Below, one piece after another: positions 28,192 to 39,673 of a DNA stretch of 49,364 nt. The DNA lies in the NCBI GenBank assembly GCA_038213805.1, contig JBBQSO010000036.1, positions 1-49,364 of the forward strand, given 5' to 3'. Within the stretch, counting starts at the first letter, position 1. Each line of letters opens with the position of its first letter. The notes beneath the pieces are model-generated. The model made no database searches. It was given only the letters and a program-made list of their open reading frames with translations, and was not told the DNA's origin. The position numbers and the translations under genes were made by a program. This DNA comes from Planctomycetota bacterium (lineage in GTDB: Bacteria; Planctomycetota; UBA11346).

Positions 28192-28460
28192 GATTCCTGG
28201 GTACCTGGAAATGTGGGCGCGAGCGCAGTTCGGACAGGCAGGAATTCTTCAATGGAGGAAGTCTGATCTTCCACCTACGACTGGCAAGTAGTTCGGAACG
28301 TGCTTGTCCTGGCCTCTTCTTCCCCGGCGCGAATGGCCCGGCGACCGGGACATGGAAGCATGCCGTCACCTTCCCTTCATCCCAGGACGGCGGATTGTCC
28401 CGTCCAATCTTCACGCGCGTCACCAGGAATGGCACTCCTACCCCCGAGGAGCCCCCACCC

Positions 28461-30005
28461 ATGCGATCCCACCCCCTCCGGTCCCTGTGCACCGCCATCG
28501 GCCTGGGCGTCACCGTCTTCGCCGTCTCATCCTGCACCCCCACCTCGCCCGAGATCACGCACGTCCTGCTGATCAGCATCGACGGCATGCGCGAGTTCGA
28601 CTACGACTGGCTGGTCAAGAACCACCCCGAGTCAACCCTCGCCGCCCTCGCCACCCGCGGCGTGGTCTATGAGCAGGCCTTCACCTCGTTCCCCTCCGAT
28701 TCGTATCCGGGCCTGCTCGCCCAGGTCACCGGCGGGTCGCCCAAGAGCACTGGCGTCTACTACGACCACTCCTTCGACAGCACGCTGTTCAGCGCACCGG
28801 CGTCCGGTCTGCTCACCCACGAGATGCTCTTCGACGAGTCCCTGACCGATGCCAGCGGCCTGGCCATCGACCCGACCCTGCTGCCGACCAGCGCGGCCGG
28901 CGGCGCCGGGACCAGGATCTACCCGCACGACTTCCTCAAGGTGAACACCGTCTTCGAGGTCCTGCACGCCACCGGCGCAGTCACCGCCTGGAGCGACAAG
29001 CATCCGGCCTACGATCTCGTCAACGGCCCCTCCGGCACCGGCGTCACCGACCTCTACTGCCCCGAGATTCGCGCGAACAACGCCGGCACCACCATCGATT
29101 CGACCGCCACCGTGCCGCTGTGCATGACCTACGACGACGGCAAGGTCGGCGCGATCATCAACCAGATCGACGGCAAGAAGTCCGTCGGCGGTGCCAGCCA
29201 GGCCGTTCCGGCGCTGTTCGGCATGAACTTCCAGGCGGTCAGCGTGGCGCAGAAGATCACCTCGGCCACCCCGACTGCGGGCAAGCTCGGTGGCTACCTG
29301 ACCTCGACCCCCGGCCTTCCCGGCGGCGTGCTGACACCTAATGTCGACACCCTCGCCGCCCTGCTGCACACCGACGCATCGATCGGTCGCATCATCGCCG
29401 AATTGAAGGCCAAGGGCCTCTATTCGTCGACCCTGGTCATCATCAGCGCCAAGCACGGCCAGGGCGGCCTCGATCCCGCCACGGTCGTGAAGATCGCCGA
29501 AAGCAACATCCTCGATCCCGTCGCCTCGGTCGATCCCCAGGCGGTGTGCTCGGATGACGATGTCGGCATCATCTGGATGAACGACAAGTCCAAGACCGCG
29601 GCTGCGGTGGCGGCGCTCCAGGCCAACGCCACGCTGATGGCCACGGTCCAGAGCATCCTGACCGGCAACGACATCGCCGCGCGCTTCGGCCACCTCTACC
29701 CCAACCGCATCCCGGACATCGTCATCATCGCCAAGCCGGGCGTGCTGTACTCGACCAGCTCGAAGAAGAATTCCGACCATGGCGGCGCCAGCGACGACGA
29801 CACGCACATCATGTGCCTGGTCACCAACCCGCTGCTCATCCCGAACGTGGTCCACGGCCATGTCAACACCACCCAGATCGCTCCCACGATCCTGCAGCAG
29901 CTCGGCCACAATCCACGCGCGCTGCAGGCGGTGCGCAAGGAAGGCACCCAGGTTCTGCCTGGCATCTTCTACGGCGACCTGGTCGCGCCGCACGCCGTGA
30001 ACTGA
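28461..30005 (+). CDS. Alkaline phosphatase superfamily / type I phosphodiesterase-nucleotide pyrophosphatase lipoprotein
   Basis: GAGGAG RBS; lipobox VSSC; HVLLISIDGM, PSDSYPG (Ser nucleophile), IISAKHGQ, SDHGG, TTQIAPTIL. Confidence 0.9.
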   Translation: MRSHPLRSLCTAIGLGVTVFAVSSCTPTSPEITHVLLISIDGMREFDYDWLVKNHPESTLAALATRGVVYEQAFTSFPSDSYPGLLAQVTGGSPKSTGVYYDHSFDSTLFSAPASGLLTHEMLFDESLTDASGLAIDPTLLPTSAAGGAGTRIYPHDFLKVNTVFEVLHATGAVTAWSDKHPAYDLVNGPSGTGVTDLYCPEIRANNAGTTIDSTATVPLCMTYDDGKVGAIINQIDGKKSVGGASQAVPALFGMNFQAVSVAQKITSATPTAGKLGGYLTSTPGLPGGVLTPNVDTLAALLHTDASIGRIIAELKAKGLYSSTLVIISAKHGQGGLDPATVVKIAESNILDPVASVDPQAVCSDDDVGIIWMNDKSKTAAAVAALQANATLMATVQSILTGNDIAARFGHLYPNRIPDIVIIAKPGVLYSTSSKKNSDHGGASDDDTHIMCLVTNPLLIPNVVHGHVNTTQIAPTILQQLGHNPRALQAVRKEGTQVLPGIFYGDLVAPHAVN

Positions 30006-30085
30006 GTTCCGGCCCGCTCGCGCATGCGAGCGGAAGTCAGCAGGGCTTCCAGAGCACCACCCGGTGATCAGTCCCTGACGCTTCC

Positions 30086-30119
30086 CGCCAACTCCCCCGC
30101 ACCAGCGGGGGAGTTGGCG
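30086..30119. terminator. 15-bp stem-loop downstream of the phosphatase gene (possible terminator)
   Basis: cgccaactcccccgc-acca-gcgggggagttggcg is a perfect stem; there is no clear U-tract. Confidence 0.5.
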
Positions 30120-30364
30120 TCTGCTGGCTGTCGCACAACGTCCTGGCGTGCGCAACGGCTTCACACCAAAAGCCGTTCATCCCCAGGAGCCGCGAGCGCA
30201 CAACGCGCGCCGACCCGTTCGGAAGCCCGACCCACGACGAGCAGGACAAGCGGCATGCGACCCGGATGTGCGCGCAAGCCGCGACCCCTCTTCAGTCCAT
30301 AGTCCCCTCGCTGGCGAGAGGTGCGTTGATGCATGTCCCGAAAATTTCTTTGCCACCGGGAACA

Positions 30365-30597
30365 TGGAGTTCCACAGCAGGTCACGGCACGTAGCACGGC
30401 AAGTAGGACAGGCGCGAGGCGAGCGCAGCATCGGCTAGCGAGGTCGGCCAACCGGCGCTGCCCCGGGGTCAGACGCTCACGGCAGCGCGCGAGCGCCTCG
30501 CGCTGCGTCTGCAACGCCTCGGCGTCGGGCTGGGCCCACTCTACCGCCGCCAGCGCCTCGACCGAAGGCACCGTGCGTTCACGCCGCTGGGTGCGCA
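30365..30597 (-). pseudogene. Fused remnant of a second ECF sigma gene and DUF1592 gene
   Basis: 30438-30597 aligns ungapped to sigma 26588-26747 (132/160 by hand count). 30365-30382 and 30405-30434 align to DUF1592 21980-21997 (18/18) and 21998-22027 (28/30). Confidence 0.88.
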
Positions 30598-30781
30598 TCC
30601 CCCTCCACTCCAGCCGCCTATCGCCCTATCGCCAGCGCTGATCTGCTCCACTCCATTCGCTCGCGACATCTCCCATGCTGGGCCTCGCAGGGCCGGTTGC
30701 CCGCAGTTCCGGGCAGCCGACACTGAGCCCCGCCGCGCTGCGTGGCGCCAGCACGGCGCCGCTCGCGCTCGAGGACCCGTT

Positions 30782-33118
30782 ATGATCCGCTGCCTGTTGT
30801 TGGTCGCCTGGAGCGCGGCCGCGCTGACCGCCCATGCTGCGGAGGGCAACCTGGTCGTGAACCCCTCGTTCACGGACGGCACCAGCGGGTGGTCGCCCCT
30901 GTGGACGCACGAGCGCGGCGCGGGCGCGGTCCAACCGGCGCCGACGACGGGTCACGACGGCGCCGCAGGGCTGCATCTCGCCATCACCGGCGCCGGTGAC
31001 TGGTCGCTGGAACAGCAGCAGTCCCTCACCATCCACCCGGGCGAGGTCTACGCACTCGCCGGCTGGGTGCGCGGCGAAGAAGGCGCGGGCGAGTTGCATC
31101 TTTCCGCCGCCATCCGTGACGCCACGGGCGCGGTCATTGCTTGGGAGAAGGGCCGGCGGACCAGCGCGGGCGTGCACGCCTGGCAGCACGTGACCGGCCG
31201 CTTCGCGGTGCCCGACGCCGCAGCGGCCATGACTTTCCGCGTGACCGGCCGCGGTGCGCTGGTCGCCAGTCTCAGCGGTCTGGAACTGGTGCGCGTCGCC
31301 GCGGCGCCGCACTGGGACCTGCCGGCCCAGCCGCTGCGCATCGCGGCGGCCGGCACCAGCCTGGAATGGTCCGCGGCGCAGCGGCTGCTCACCCTCACCG
31401 CGGCCGATGGCCAGGCGTGGCAGATCGCGGGCCTGGGCGACGCGCTGCCCATCAGCGGTGCGGTCACCGCGCCCGACGCCATGCGTATCGCGCTGCGCGA
31501 CGCCGGCGGCGGCGACCTCACCGCGGTGTTCACGGTCGAGGCCGACGGTGGCGTGCGCTGCGCCCTCACCGGCAGCGGCGTGATGGAGGACGAGATGGCT
31601 TTCCCGGGGCCGCTGCGCTCCCGCGCCGGTGATGCCTGGGTCGTGCCGCTCAACGAAGGGCTGCTGGTCCCGGCGACCGATCCCCACTTCAGCACCGGAC
31701 CGCTGGTCTTCTACGGCGGACACGGCCTGTGCATGCCTTTCCTGGGCCTGGTGTCCGGCGAGCACGGCCTGCTAGCCCTGGTCGAGACCCAGGACGATGC
31801 CGTGGCCGACTTCGCACCGCCGCGGGATGGCGCGGGCTCGAGGTGGAGCATCCGCTGGCAGCCGACGCGCGGCCAGTGGGGCTACGCGCGCGTGGTGCGG
31901 CTGCTGCCGCTGGCGGCGCGGGGCTACGTCGGGATCGCCAAGGCCTACCGCGCCTGGGCGCAACGTGATGGCCGCGTGGTGACGCTGCGCGAAAAGGCGA
32001 AGACCGTGCCGCAGGTGGCCCAGCTGGTCGGCGCCGTCGACCTGTGGTGGTGGAAGGAGGGCGCGAGCTGGACCGCGGACCCGCATCCCGAAATCGCCGC
32101 GCGCGAGTTCAAGGACGCGGGCATCACCCAGGTGTTGTGGTCGGTGGAGGCGCAGCCCGAGGCGGTCAAGGCCATCCGCGAACTCGGTTTCCTGCCCGGC
32201 CGCTACGACATCTACCAGGACGTCTACGCGCCGGAGACACCGATCACCTGGGCGACCAGGGATGGCTGGCCGGACGACCTGGTGCTGCTGCCGGATGGCA
32301 CCACGATGAAAGGCTGGGTGCTGCACGAGAACGGGCGCGAATACCCGGGCGGCGTGATCTGCTCGCAGCCGGGCCTGGCGCGCCTGCGCACCAAGGTCGC
32401 CGCCGACCTGGCCACCCACGCGTACGGCGCGCGCTTCCTCGACACCACCACCGCCTCGCCGCTGCGCGAGTGCTGGAACCCCCGCCACCCCGAGTCGCGC
32501 AGCGATGACCGCACCTGGAAGGTCGCGCAGCTGCGCGCGATCTCCGGCGAGTTCACCTTGGTGTGCGGCAGCGAGACCGGCATGGATCTCGCCGCGCCGG
32601 TGGTCCACTACTTCGAAGGCATGATGAGCCTGGGGCCCTACCGCCTGCCAGACTCCGGCTACGACCTGTTCAGCTACCGCAAACCGCAGGAGGACTTCCT
32701 GCGCTTCCAGGTCGGGGCGTTCTACCGCATCCCGCTGGTGGAGCTGGTCTACCACGACTGCCTGGTCTCGTACTGGTACTGGGGCGACGCCTCGAACCGC
32801 GTGCCCGAAGCCTGGGACGAGCGCGACTTGCTCAACGCCCTCTACGGCACCCCGCCAGTATTCGTCACCGATCGCGAGCGCTGGGACCGCGACCGCGCAC
32901 GCTATGTGCAAAGCTACCAGCGCGGCGGCGAGACCGCGCGCCGCACCGGCTGGCTCGAGATGCTCGACCACGCCTTCCTGAACGCCGACCACACCCTGCA
33001 GCGCAGCCGCTTCGCCGACGGGACCACGGTGTGGGCGAATTTCGGCACCCAGGCCGCGGTCCTTGAGGACGGCACCCGGCTGGAAGCCAAACAGAGCCGG
33101 CTGGTGGCCGGTCCGTAG
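30782..33118 (+). CDS. Secreted glycoside hydrolase (GH129/GH101-like TIM barrel) with N-terminal CBM4/9-like domain
   Basis: Signal peptide; NLVVNPSFTDGTSGW; YVGIAKAYR, GRYDIYQDV, ARFLDTTTASPLRECW, GSETG, HYFEGMMS, RIPLVELVYHD, LYGTPP, QRSRFADGTTVWANF. The family is approximate. Confidence 0.8.
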   Translation: MIRCLLLVAWSAAALTAHAAEGNLVVNPSFTDGTSGWSPLWTHERGAGAVQPAPTTGHDGAAGLHLAITGAGDWSLEQQQSLTIHPGEVYALAGWVRGEEGAGELHLSAAIRDATGAVIAWEKGRRTSAGVHAWQHVTGRFAVPDAAAAMTFRVTGRGALVASLSGLELVRVAAAPHWDLPAQPLRIAAAGTSLEWSAAQRLLTLTAADGQAWQIAGLGDALPISGAVTAPDAMRIALRDAGGGDLTAVFTVEADGGVRCALTGSGVMEDEMAFPGPLRSRAGDAWVVPLNEGLLVPATDPHFSTGPLVFYGGHGLCMPFLGLVSGEHGLLALVETQDDAVADFAPPRDGAGSRWSIRWQPTRGQWGYARVVRLLPLAARGYVGIAKAYRAWAQRDGRVVTLREKAKTVPQVAQLVGAVDLWWWKEGASWTADPHPEIAAREFKDAGITQVLWSVEAQPEAVKAIRELGFLPGRYDIYQDVYAPETPITWATRDGWPDDLVLLPDGTTMKGWVLHENGREYPGGVICSQPGLARLRTKVAADLATHAYGARFLDTTTASPLRECWNPRHPESRSDDRTWKVAQLRAISGEFTLVCGSETGMDLAAPVVHYFEGMMSLGPYRLPDSGYDLFSYRKPQEDFLRFQVGAFYRIPLVELVYHDCLVSYWYWGDASNRVPEAWDERDLLNALYGTPPVFVTDRERWDRDRARYVQSYQRGGETARRTGWLEMLDHAFLNADHTLQRSRFADGTTVWANFGTQAAVLEDGTRLEAKQSRLVAGP

Positions 33119-33627
33119 CGCTCCACGTCACCCGTACCGACGTCAACGGCGGGCTGCGCGACTTTCCGGAGTCGCAGGCGTACTTCGCGCGGATTCGAGA
33201 TCTGGGCGCTATCGCCGTTCGCCGCTGGAGAGCGGACCACCCACTGAGTTCGGGATAGAAGCACTTATTTCCCATCTCCTCACCGATGACATCGCATGCG
33301 AGCAGGTACATACGGACGCCTCTGCGGTGATGGCTGCACGACGGAGGGAGACCGACCGACCCCAGGAACCGTTCAGCACCATGGGCCGTGGCCATGCGCA
33401 ACATGCACCAGCGTCGAAAGCGGGTCATACGACCCCCGCCAATCCCTGGATGAGATCCACGGTGTCCTCGGGATTGCGACAATCCGTTCATGACCGATGA
33501 CCGATTTCAAGCAGGGCATGCCCTGATGCAGGTGACGGAAATATCGTTGCCAGTTCAAAGGCTGCGGTTTAGCTTAGGCGCAAAGCGATCAGGCTCATTT
33601 TCAACATTAGGCCAAAAAGGGCTCGTG

Positions 33628-34848
<1,221 letters not shown>

Positions 34849-35019
34849 TCGTGAACCGCCCTGATCTCATCGCGGCGCGCGCTGTGATCAGAGCATGTGA
34901 ATCACCGTCGGCCCCGGTCCTGCAGCAAGCGGACCATCCGATAACATGCTGGACGCTTCCATTGGCCAGCGCACGTGGGCAGCCTCAGCGCATGTCTGCC
35001 TGCGTCGTGGCGCGTCTGT

Positions 35020-36525
35020 TCAGCGTGCCGATTCGGTAAGGGCCTGTCGTTCCGCTTCCTTCACTGCACCGGCAAGCAGACGCGGAAATACCAACGCATG
35101 GAGTGGTAGCACCGCATACCAATACAGCAATCCGCCCAGCCCATGCGGTCGGAACCGGGCGATCTGGATGATTTCGCGATGTTCACCATGGTCGACGATG
35201 GTCCATTCCAGACGGGCTTCGCCAGGCATGCGCATCTCAGCAGATAACTCCACCCGCCGATCCTGCTCAACCGCCGTCACCCGCCAGAAATCCACCGCAT
35301 CGCCGGGCAGCAAGCGCACGGCGTCACGCCGGCCACGACGCAGACCCGGGCCGCCGACCCAGCGGTCGAGCATACCGCGCACGTGCCACAACCAATCGGT
35401 CGCATACCAGCCATGATCACCGCCCACCAGGGAGATGGCGCGGAACACCGCAGCCGCACTGGCGCCGGTCGTGCGGGTACGCCGATCCTGAAAAACCGTA
35501 CCACCTGACCATTGGGGATCGCCCGGCATCGGCCCGGCATCGCTCCAGCTAGTCTCGACATCATCGGCGGCTTCGCGCCGCAAGGCCAGGTCGATGGCCT
35601 CGCGCACCGTCAATAGGCCCTGCGGCATCAACTCGTTGGCGCGTTGGTCCCGGCACACCACCCGATTGCGCAGCCCCTCGGCCAAGGGCCGCGCCAAGCG
35701 GTGATCGATCGGCGTCACCAGGTGGATCCACCAGGACGACAGGCGCGGGGTCAGCACCGGTACCGATACGATGATGCGCGGTCGCAGTCCCAGGGCCGCC
35801 GCCATGATTTGCATGAGTTCGCGATAACTCAAGACCTCTGGGCCACCCAGATCGAGCGTAGCGCCGATTGATCCCGGCGTGGTCAGACACGCGACCAGGA
35901 CGTGGAGGATATTGCGCACGGCGATCGGCTGGCACTCGGTCGCGACCCAGCGCGGAGTGACCATCGCCGGCAGACGCTCGACCAGATAGCGCAGAATCTC
36001 GAATGATGCCGACCCGCTGCCCAGGATCACTCCCGCACGCAAGGCGGTCAGCGGGACGCTGCCAGCCCCGAGCGCGGCTTCGACCGAACGACGCGACGCC
36101 AAATGCTCACTGAGCCCCGGCCCCGTTTCACCCAGACCGCCGAGGTAGACGATCCGCTCCACCGCGGCAGCGGCTGCGGCGTGAGCGAACACCTCCGCCA
36201 GCAGGTTATCCCGCGCGTGAAAATCGGCGCCTGCCACCAGCATGGAGTGCACCAGATAGTAGGCCGTTCCACATCCCGCCATCGCCTGCGCCAGCGTCCG
36301 CCGGTCCGCGAGATCGACGACTACCACACTGAGCCCGGGATCGCGGGCCCACGAACGGGCCAGAAGCTTCTCAGGCGAACGGACCGCCACGCGTACGATC
36401 CAACCCCGATCCAACAGCCAGCGCACCAGACGTCCACCGATGTAGCCGGTTGCACCCGTCAGAAAAATCGGCTTGGCCCCTGCGGGCGCGATCGGCAGGC
36501 AGGCGCGGAAGGTGGCCGTATCCAT
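35020..36525 (-). CDS. SDR-like NAD(P)-binding protein with C-terminal DUF2867 (YbjT-like)
   Basis: LTGATGYIGGRL, AYYLVHSM, YLGGLGE, SEHLASR, GSGSASFEILRYLVERLP, VDFWRV, AEMRMPGEARLEW, GLLYWYAVLPLHALVF. Confidence 0.9.
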   Translation of the reverse strand: MDTATFRACLPIAPAGAKPIFLTGATGYIGGRLVRWLLDRGWIVRVAVRSPEKLLARSWARDPGLSVVVVDLADRRTLAQAMAGCGTAYYLVHSMLVAGADFHARDNLLAEVFAHAAAAAAVERIVYLGGLGETGPGLSEHLASRRSVEAALGAGSVPLTALRAGVILGSGSASFEILRYLVERLPAMVTPRWVATECQPIAVRNILHVLVACLTTPGSIGATLDLGGPEVLSYRELMQIMAAALGLRPRIIVSVPVLTPRLSSWWIHLVTPIDHRLARPLAEGLRNRVVCRDQRANELMPQGLLTVREAIDLALRREAADDVETSWSDAGPMPGDPQWSGGTVFQDRRTRTTGASAAAVFRAISLVGGDHGWYATDWLWHVRGMLDRWVGGPGLRRGRRDAVRLLPGDAVDFWRVTAVEQDRRVELSAEMRMPGEARLEWTIVDHGEHREIIQIARFRPHGLGGLLYWYAVLPLHALVFPRLLAGAVKEAERQALTESAR

Positions 36526-36710
36526 GAGCCGTTTGTCCCAGTTTGGCGGAGCGGTTGCTACCGGCAAACGGGCGGGCTTATCCAACTCGCTCCACGGTCA
36601 TCGGCGCAGGTCGGCCGCGCGCTGCACGGCGACGTGCTTTCTGGGCAACGCAAGTGGTTCGCCAGCACCACCTACATGCCGATCCCGAGCGTACCCCCAC
36701 TATGGCCAGC

Positions 36711-37244
36711 CTAGTGGCCGTTGGTGAAGACCTCGATCTGGTGCAGGAAGCCTGTCAGGTCCGCGTCGGTGACCGGGTCGCTGACGTGCGAGGTGCGGAT
36801 GCTCCCTGCTCGCCTGGTGAATTGACGCACGTCGATCGCGATGGCCACCTTGGCTACACGCAGGGCGTCGTAGTCGGCCAGCACACCCGTTATCAGGTAC
36901 GATCCCGATGGGCGTTGACCGTTGGCATCGGGCGCGGGCAGCTTGGGCGCGCTGACGACGGTCAACTCACCGCGCTGCCGTGCGATGTCCTCGTAATCGG
37001 CAATGGCCTGCTCAAAATTCGCATCCTGCGACTGGCGGTAAACCCAGGCGATGGACTTGCTGCCATCGCGCGCGGCGAGGGTGTGGATCAGGGTCTTGCC
37101 CTGGCGCGTGGTGGTGAAGGACCAGCGGGCATCATCGATGACGACCACGCCGACGCCCTCGAGGATGCAGCGCTGCTCGGCCGCCGCCGCCCAGGCTGGA
37201 GCCAGCGCAAGCAGCAGCGCGGCGGCCGGCGTAAACATCCTCAT
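36711..37244 (-). CDS. Hypothetical secreted protein
   Basis: ATGA overlap with the upstream stop at 37241-37244; signal peptide MRMFTPAAALLLALAPAWAAA. Confidence 0.7.
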   Translation of the reverse strand: MRMFTPAAALLLALAPAWAAAAEQRCILEGVGVVVIDDARWSFTTTRQGKTLIHTLAARDGSKSIAWVYRQSQDANFEQAIADYEDIARQRGELTVVSAPKLPAPDANGQRPSGSYLITGVLADYDALRVAKVAIAIDVRQFTRRAGSIRTSHVSDPVTDADLTGFLHQIEVFTNGH

Positions 37245-38521
37245 CCATCCTCCAGCGGCACGAGCTTTATGCGGATGGATCCGGAAGTGCCGTTCTCCGA
37301 CTGGTGGCCACTCGCCGGGCCCAGCATCAGGCGGCCCGGCCCGGCGATGATCCCGGCGACCAGCTTGTGATTGGGATCGACCCACATCAGCACCGCTCCG
37401 TAGGGGTGGCCCTGCAGGCCGAGGTCCACGGCCACGCGCGATGGACCATTGGTATTGCCGCTCAGGATCAGGTTCACGATGTGCTCGGTGCCGTGCCAGT
37501 CGGTGACCAGGGGCTTGGACGAATCAGCGACCTGGAAGCTCCAGGTGTCGGTCGGCCGCGGCACCACCCGCACCGCCTCGCCGGCGGCGAGCGGCAGATT
37601 CACGTCGGTGGTATCCAGCTTCGCGACCAGGGGGATGATCGGATACGGCAGGCGGTCCCACTGCGCCGCGGTGAGGTTCACCAGGTCCACGTCGCACGCC
37701 GCGAGCGGGATCTGCGGCTCGAGATCGGCGATGGCCGCATCCGCAACCTGACGATCCGGGCCTTTCAAAGCTGGCAGCGCGGCGCGGTAGAGCGCCAGCG
37801 CGCGGACGCGCATGCCGGTCTGCTCCGGCGTCGCCGCCGAGCGCGGGCCTGCGCCCGGACGGCGTTTGGCAGCGAGCTCGGCCCAGGCCTTGGCAGATGG
37901 CAGGGGCGGAGCCACGGGCTGATCGAGCGCCGCGGCGGCCTGCAGCGCGGGTTCGTCAGCGATGCGGCGCAGCAGCGGCAGGGCCTCGTCCCAGCGGTTG
38001 GCGCTGAACGCCAGCCAGCGGCCCGCGACCATCGCGGCCCGCGCATCGTCGGGCATATCGAGCAGGGTCAGCAGCGCGGCGACCGCCGGCTTGCTACGTG
38101 CGTGCTGGAGCGCCTTGCGCCGTTCCTCGGTGACATTCACACCGCTGAACATGGCAGCAAGCCGGTCGATCGCCAGAAGCACCACCTCCGCCTCGTCGCT
38201 TTCACCGCCGAGGCGGAGCGCCTCGTGCAGCAGCACCCACTCGACTGCCGGCGTGCCGCGCTGCGCCGGGGCATGGCGCATGATCATCCGCGCCAACGCG
38301 GCCTTGCCCTTCGGAGTCTTCACCGCGTAGCGGCTGGCATAGACCAGCTGCACCCGGGCAAGCGCCTCTTTCTCGTCGTCGGCCGATGGCGGAGCGGAGC
38401 GGGCCACGGCCACTGGGGCCACTGGTACGGACGTCGGCTCTGCTGCGGCGAGCGGGACAAACAGGGACAACGACAGTACGACCACCGATGAAATTACGCG
38501 CGCGAGCTGATTCCAAGCCAT
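37241..38521 (-). CDS. Hypothetical secreted protein: alpha-helical repeat region plus C-terminal beta-rich domain
   Basis: Signal peptide; helical segment KAALARMI...WVLLHEALRLG...GRWLAFSANRWDEALPLL; C-terminal LAAGEAVRVVPRPTDTW...GHPYGAVLM...GSIRIKL. Confidence 0.75.
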   Translation of the reverse strand: MAWNQLARVISSVVVLSLSLFVPLAAAEPTSVPVAPVAVARSAPPSADDEKEALARVQLVYASRYAVKTPKGKAALARMIMRHAPAQRGTPAVEWVLLHEALRLGGESDEAEVVLLAIDRLAAMFSGVNVTEERRKALQHARSKPAVAALLTLLDMPDDARAAMVAGRWLAFSANRWDEALPLLRRIADEPALQAAAALDQPVAPPLPSAKAWAELAAKRRPGAGPRSAATPEQTGMRVRALALYRAALPALKGPDRQVADAAIADLEPQIPLAACDVDLVNLTAAQWDRLPYPIIPLVAKLDTTDVNLPLAAGEAVRVVPRPTDTWSFQVADSSKPLVTDWHGTEHIVNLILSGNTNGPSRVAVDLGLQGHPYGAVLMWVDPNHKLVAGIIAGPGRLMLGPASGHQSENGTSGSIRIKLVPLEDG

Positions 38522-38726
38522 TCGCGCGCATGGTGGACATCCGGCCCTGAATGCAATCCGTCAGATCGCAGGCGAGAAGGGGCGCCCGTCGTCCAAGCCC
38601 TTGCGATCCTGACCACATGCCCTGGTGGCTGTGGTGGCTTGCCAGGCCTGCAACGCATGGCTCTGTCGTTACGGGTCACCCCGGGGCTCTTATTCGCCTC
38701 AATCTGCGTTTTTGGTCAAAACAGAA

Positions 38727-38968
38727 GTTCCTCGTCATTCGTAGTGGATTCATTTCCCACTTGGTTCTCGTCGAACAAAGCAGGAAAGACATGAACGAAC
38801 AAGAGGAACGGAGGGACGGAGGACAGCCAGGAGATGGCGAGGCCGTTTTTCCGATTTCGCTTTTTTCACTGGCTCCCTGTCCTCCTCCGTTTCTTCGTTC
38901 CTCTTGTTCAATCAGGTCTCGCCCACCCGGCGATGGACGGAAAGTATACACCTCGGACGACGAGGAAC
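38727..38968. repeat. Nested imperfect palindromic element (MITE/REPIN-like)
   Basis: Outer arms gttcctcgtc...tttcc (38727-38757) and ggaaa...gacgaggaac (38939-38968). Inner arms gaacaagaggaacg...ggacagccag (38797-38830) and ctggc...cgttcctcttgttc (38869-38909). Confidence 0.7.
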
Positions 38969-39016
38969 CACAACAGAAGGCATGTCCTGGGATCCGCCGC
39001 TGGTTAACGTCCCGGA

Positions 39017-39673
39017 CTACGGCGCCGCGACCGCCTTGCCGACAGGCGCAGCGCTGTCGACGAACCATGAGACGTCCACTGCGACCAGCCAGGGCAGGTC
39101 GGCATTGTAGCTGTTGAGCAGGCGCACCGCCATGGAAGGGGCGCGATCGAGGCCGAGCGAGCCGCCCAAGCCGCGGCCCCCGGCGACGGCCTGCTCGTAC
39201 CAGCGCTCGACCCCGGCGACGGGGATGCGCAGGGCGGCGCAGACCGCCAGCGCGTGCGCGTGTGCCTGCTCGAGGGTCTGGGGCGGTGCCTGGATGCTGA
39301 TGCTGTTGATCAGTTCGCCGCTGCGCTCGACCGAGACCAGACCGGCGATCTCGTGCAGCACGGCACCGTTTGGCAGCAGCAGTTCGAGGTCGATGCTGCC
39401 CTGCAGCGAATAGCGCGTCCCCACCGCTTTTTCCGCCGGCCATGGAACCTTGGCGACCGCATTGCCGGCGGAGAGATCCCATTTCATGACGGTTTTTCCT
39501 GGTATGGACTGGTCTTCGGCCGCAGCGACCGCCCCGGCGCTGGCGACCACGGCCACGGCCGCGATAGGTAGGAGCATGGCGAGCAGACGCTGGATCCCGC
39601 GGGGGGCTTTCGCGGATAGGGCACGGAGAGTGGTGTGGTCACGACGGTGCGGGCGGTCAGGGTTGGGTATCAT
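39017..39673 (-). CDS. Hypothetical exported protein, candidate immunity protein
   Basis: ATGA overlap with the upstream stop (39670-39673); long basic n-region plus hydrophobic LLAMLLPIAAVAVVASAGAVAAA; globular remainder. Confidence 0.7.
   Translation of the reverse strand: MIPNPDRPHRRDHTTLRALSAKAPRGIQRLLAMLLPIAAVAVVASAGAVAAAEDQSIPGKTVMKWDLSAGNAVAKVPWPAEKAVGTRYSLQGSIDLELLLPNGAVLHEIAGLVSVERSGELINSISIQAPPQTLEQAHAHALAVCAALRIPVAGVERWYEQAVAGGRGLGGSLGLDRAPSMAVRLLNSYNADLPWLVAVDVSWFVDSAAPVGKAVAAP

Noticed and set aside
30161..30598. 145-aa ORF as a functional sigma factor
   Set aside because: Only ~53 codons match part of the sigma C-terminal half; region 2 is absent and the rest is out-of-frame DUF1592 and unrelated sequence.
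30663..30672. cgcgacatct shared with the sigma upstream region as a common ECF promoter
   Set aside because: A 10-bp GC-rich match with no shared -35 element could easily be chance.
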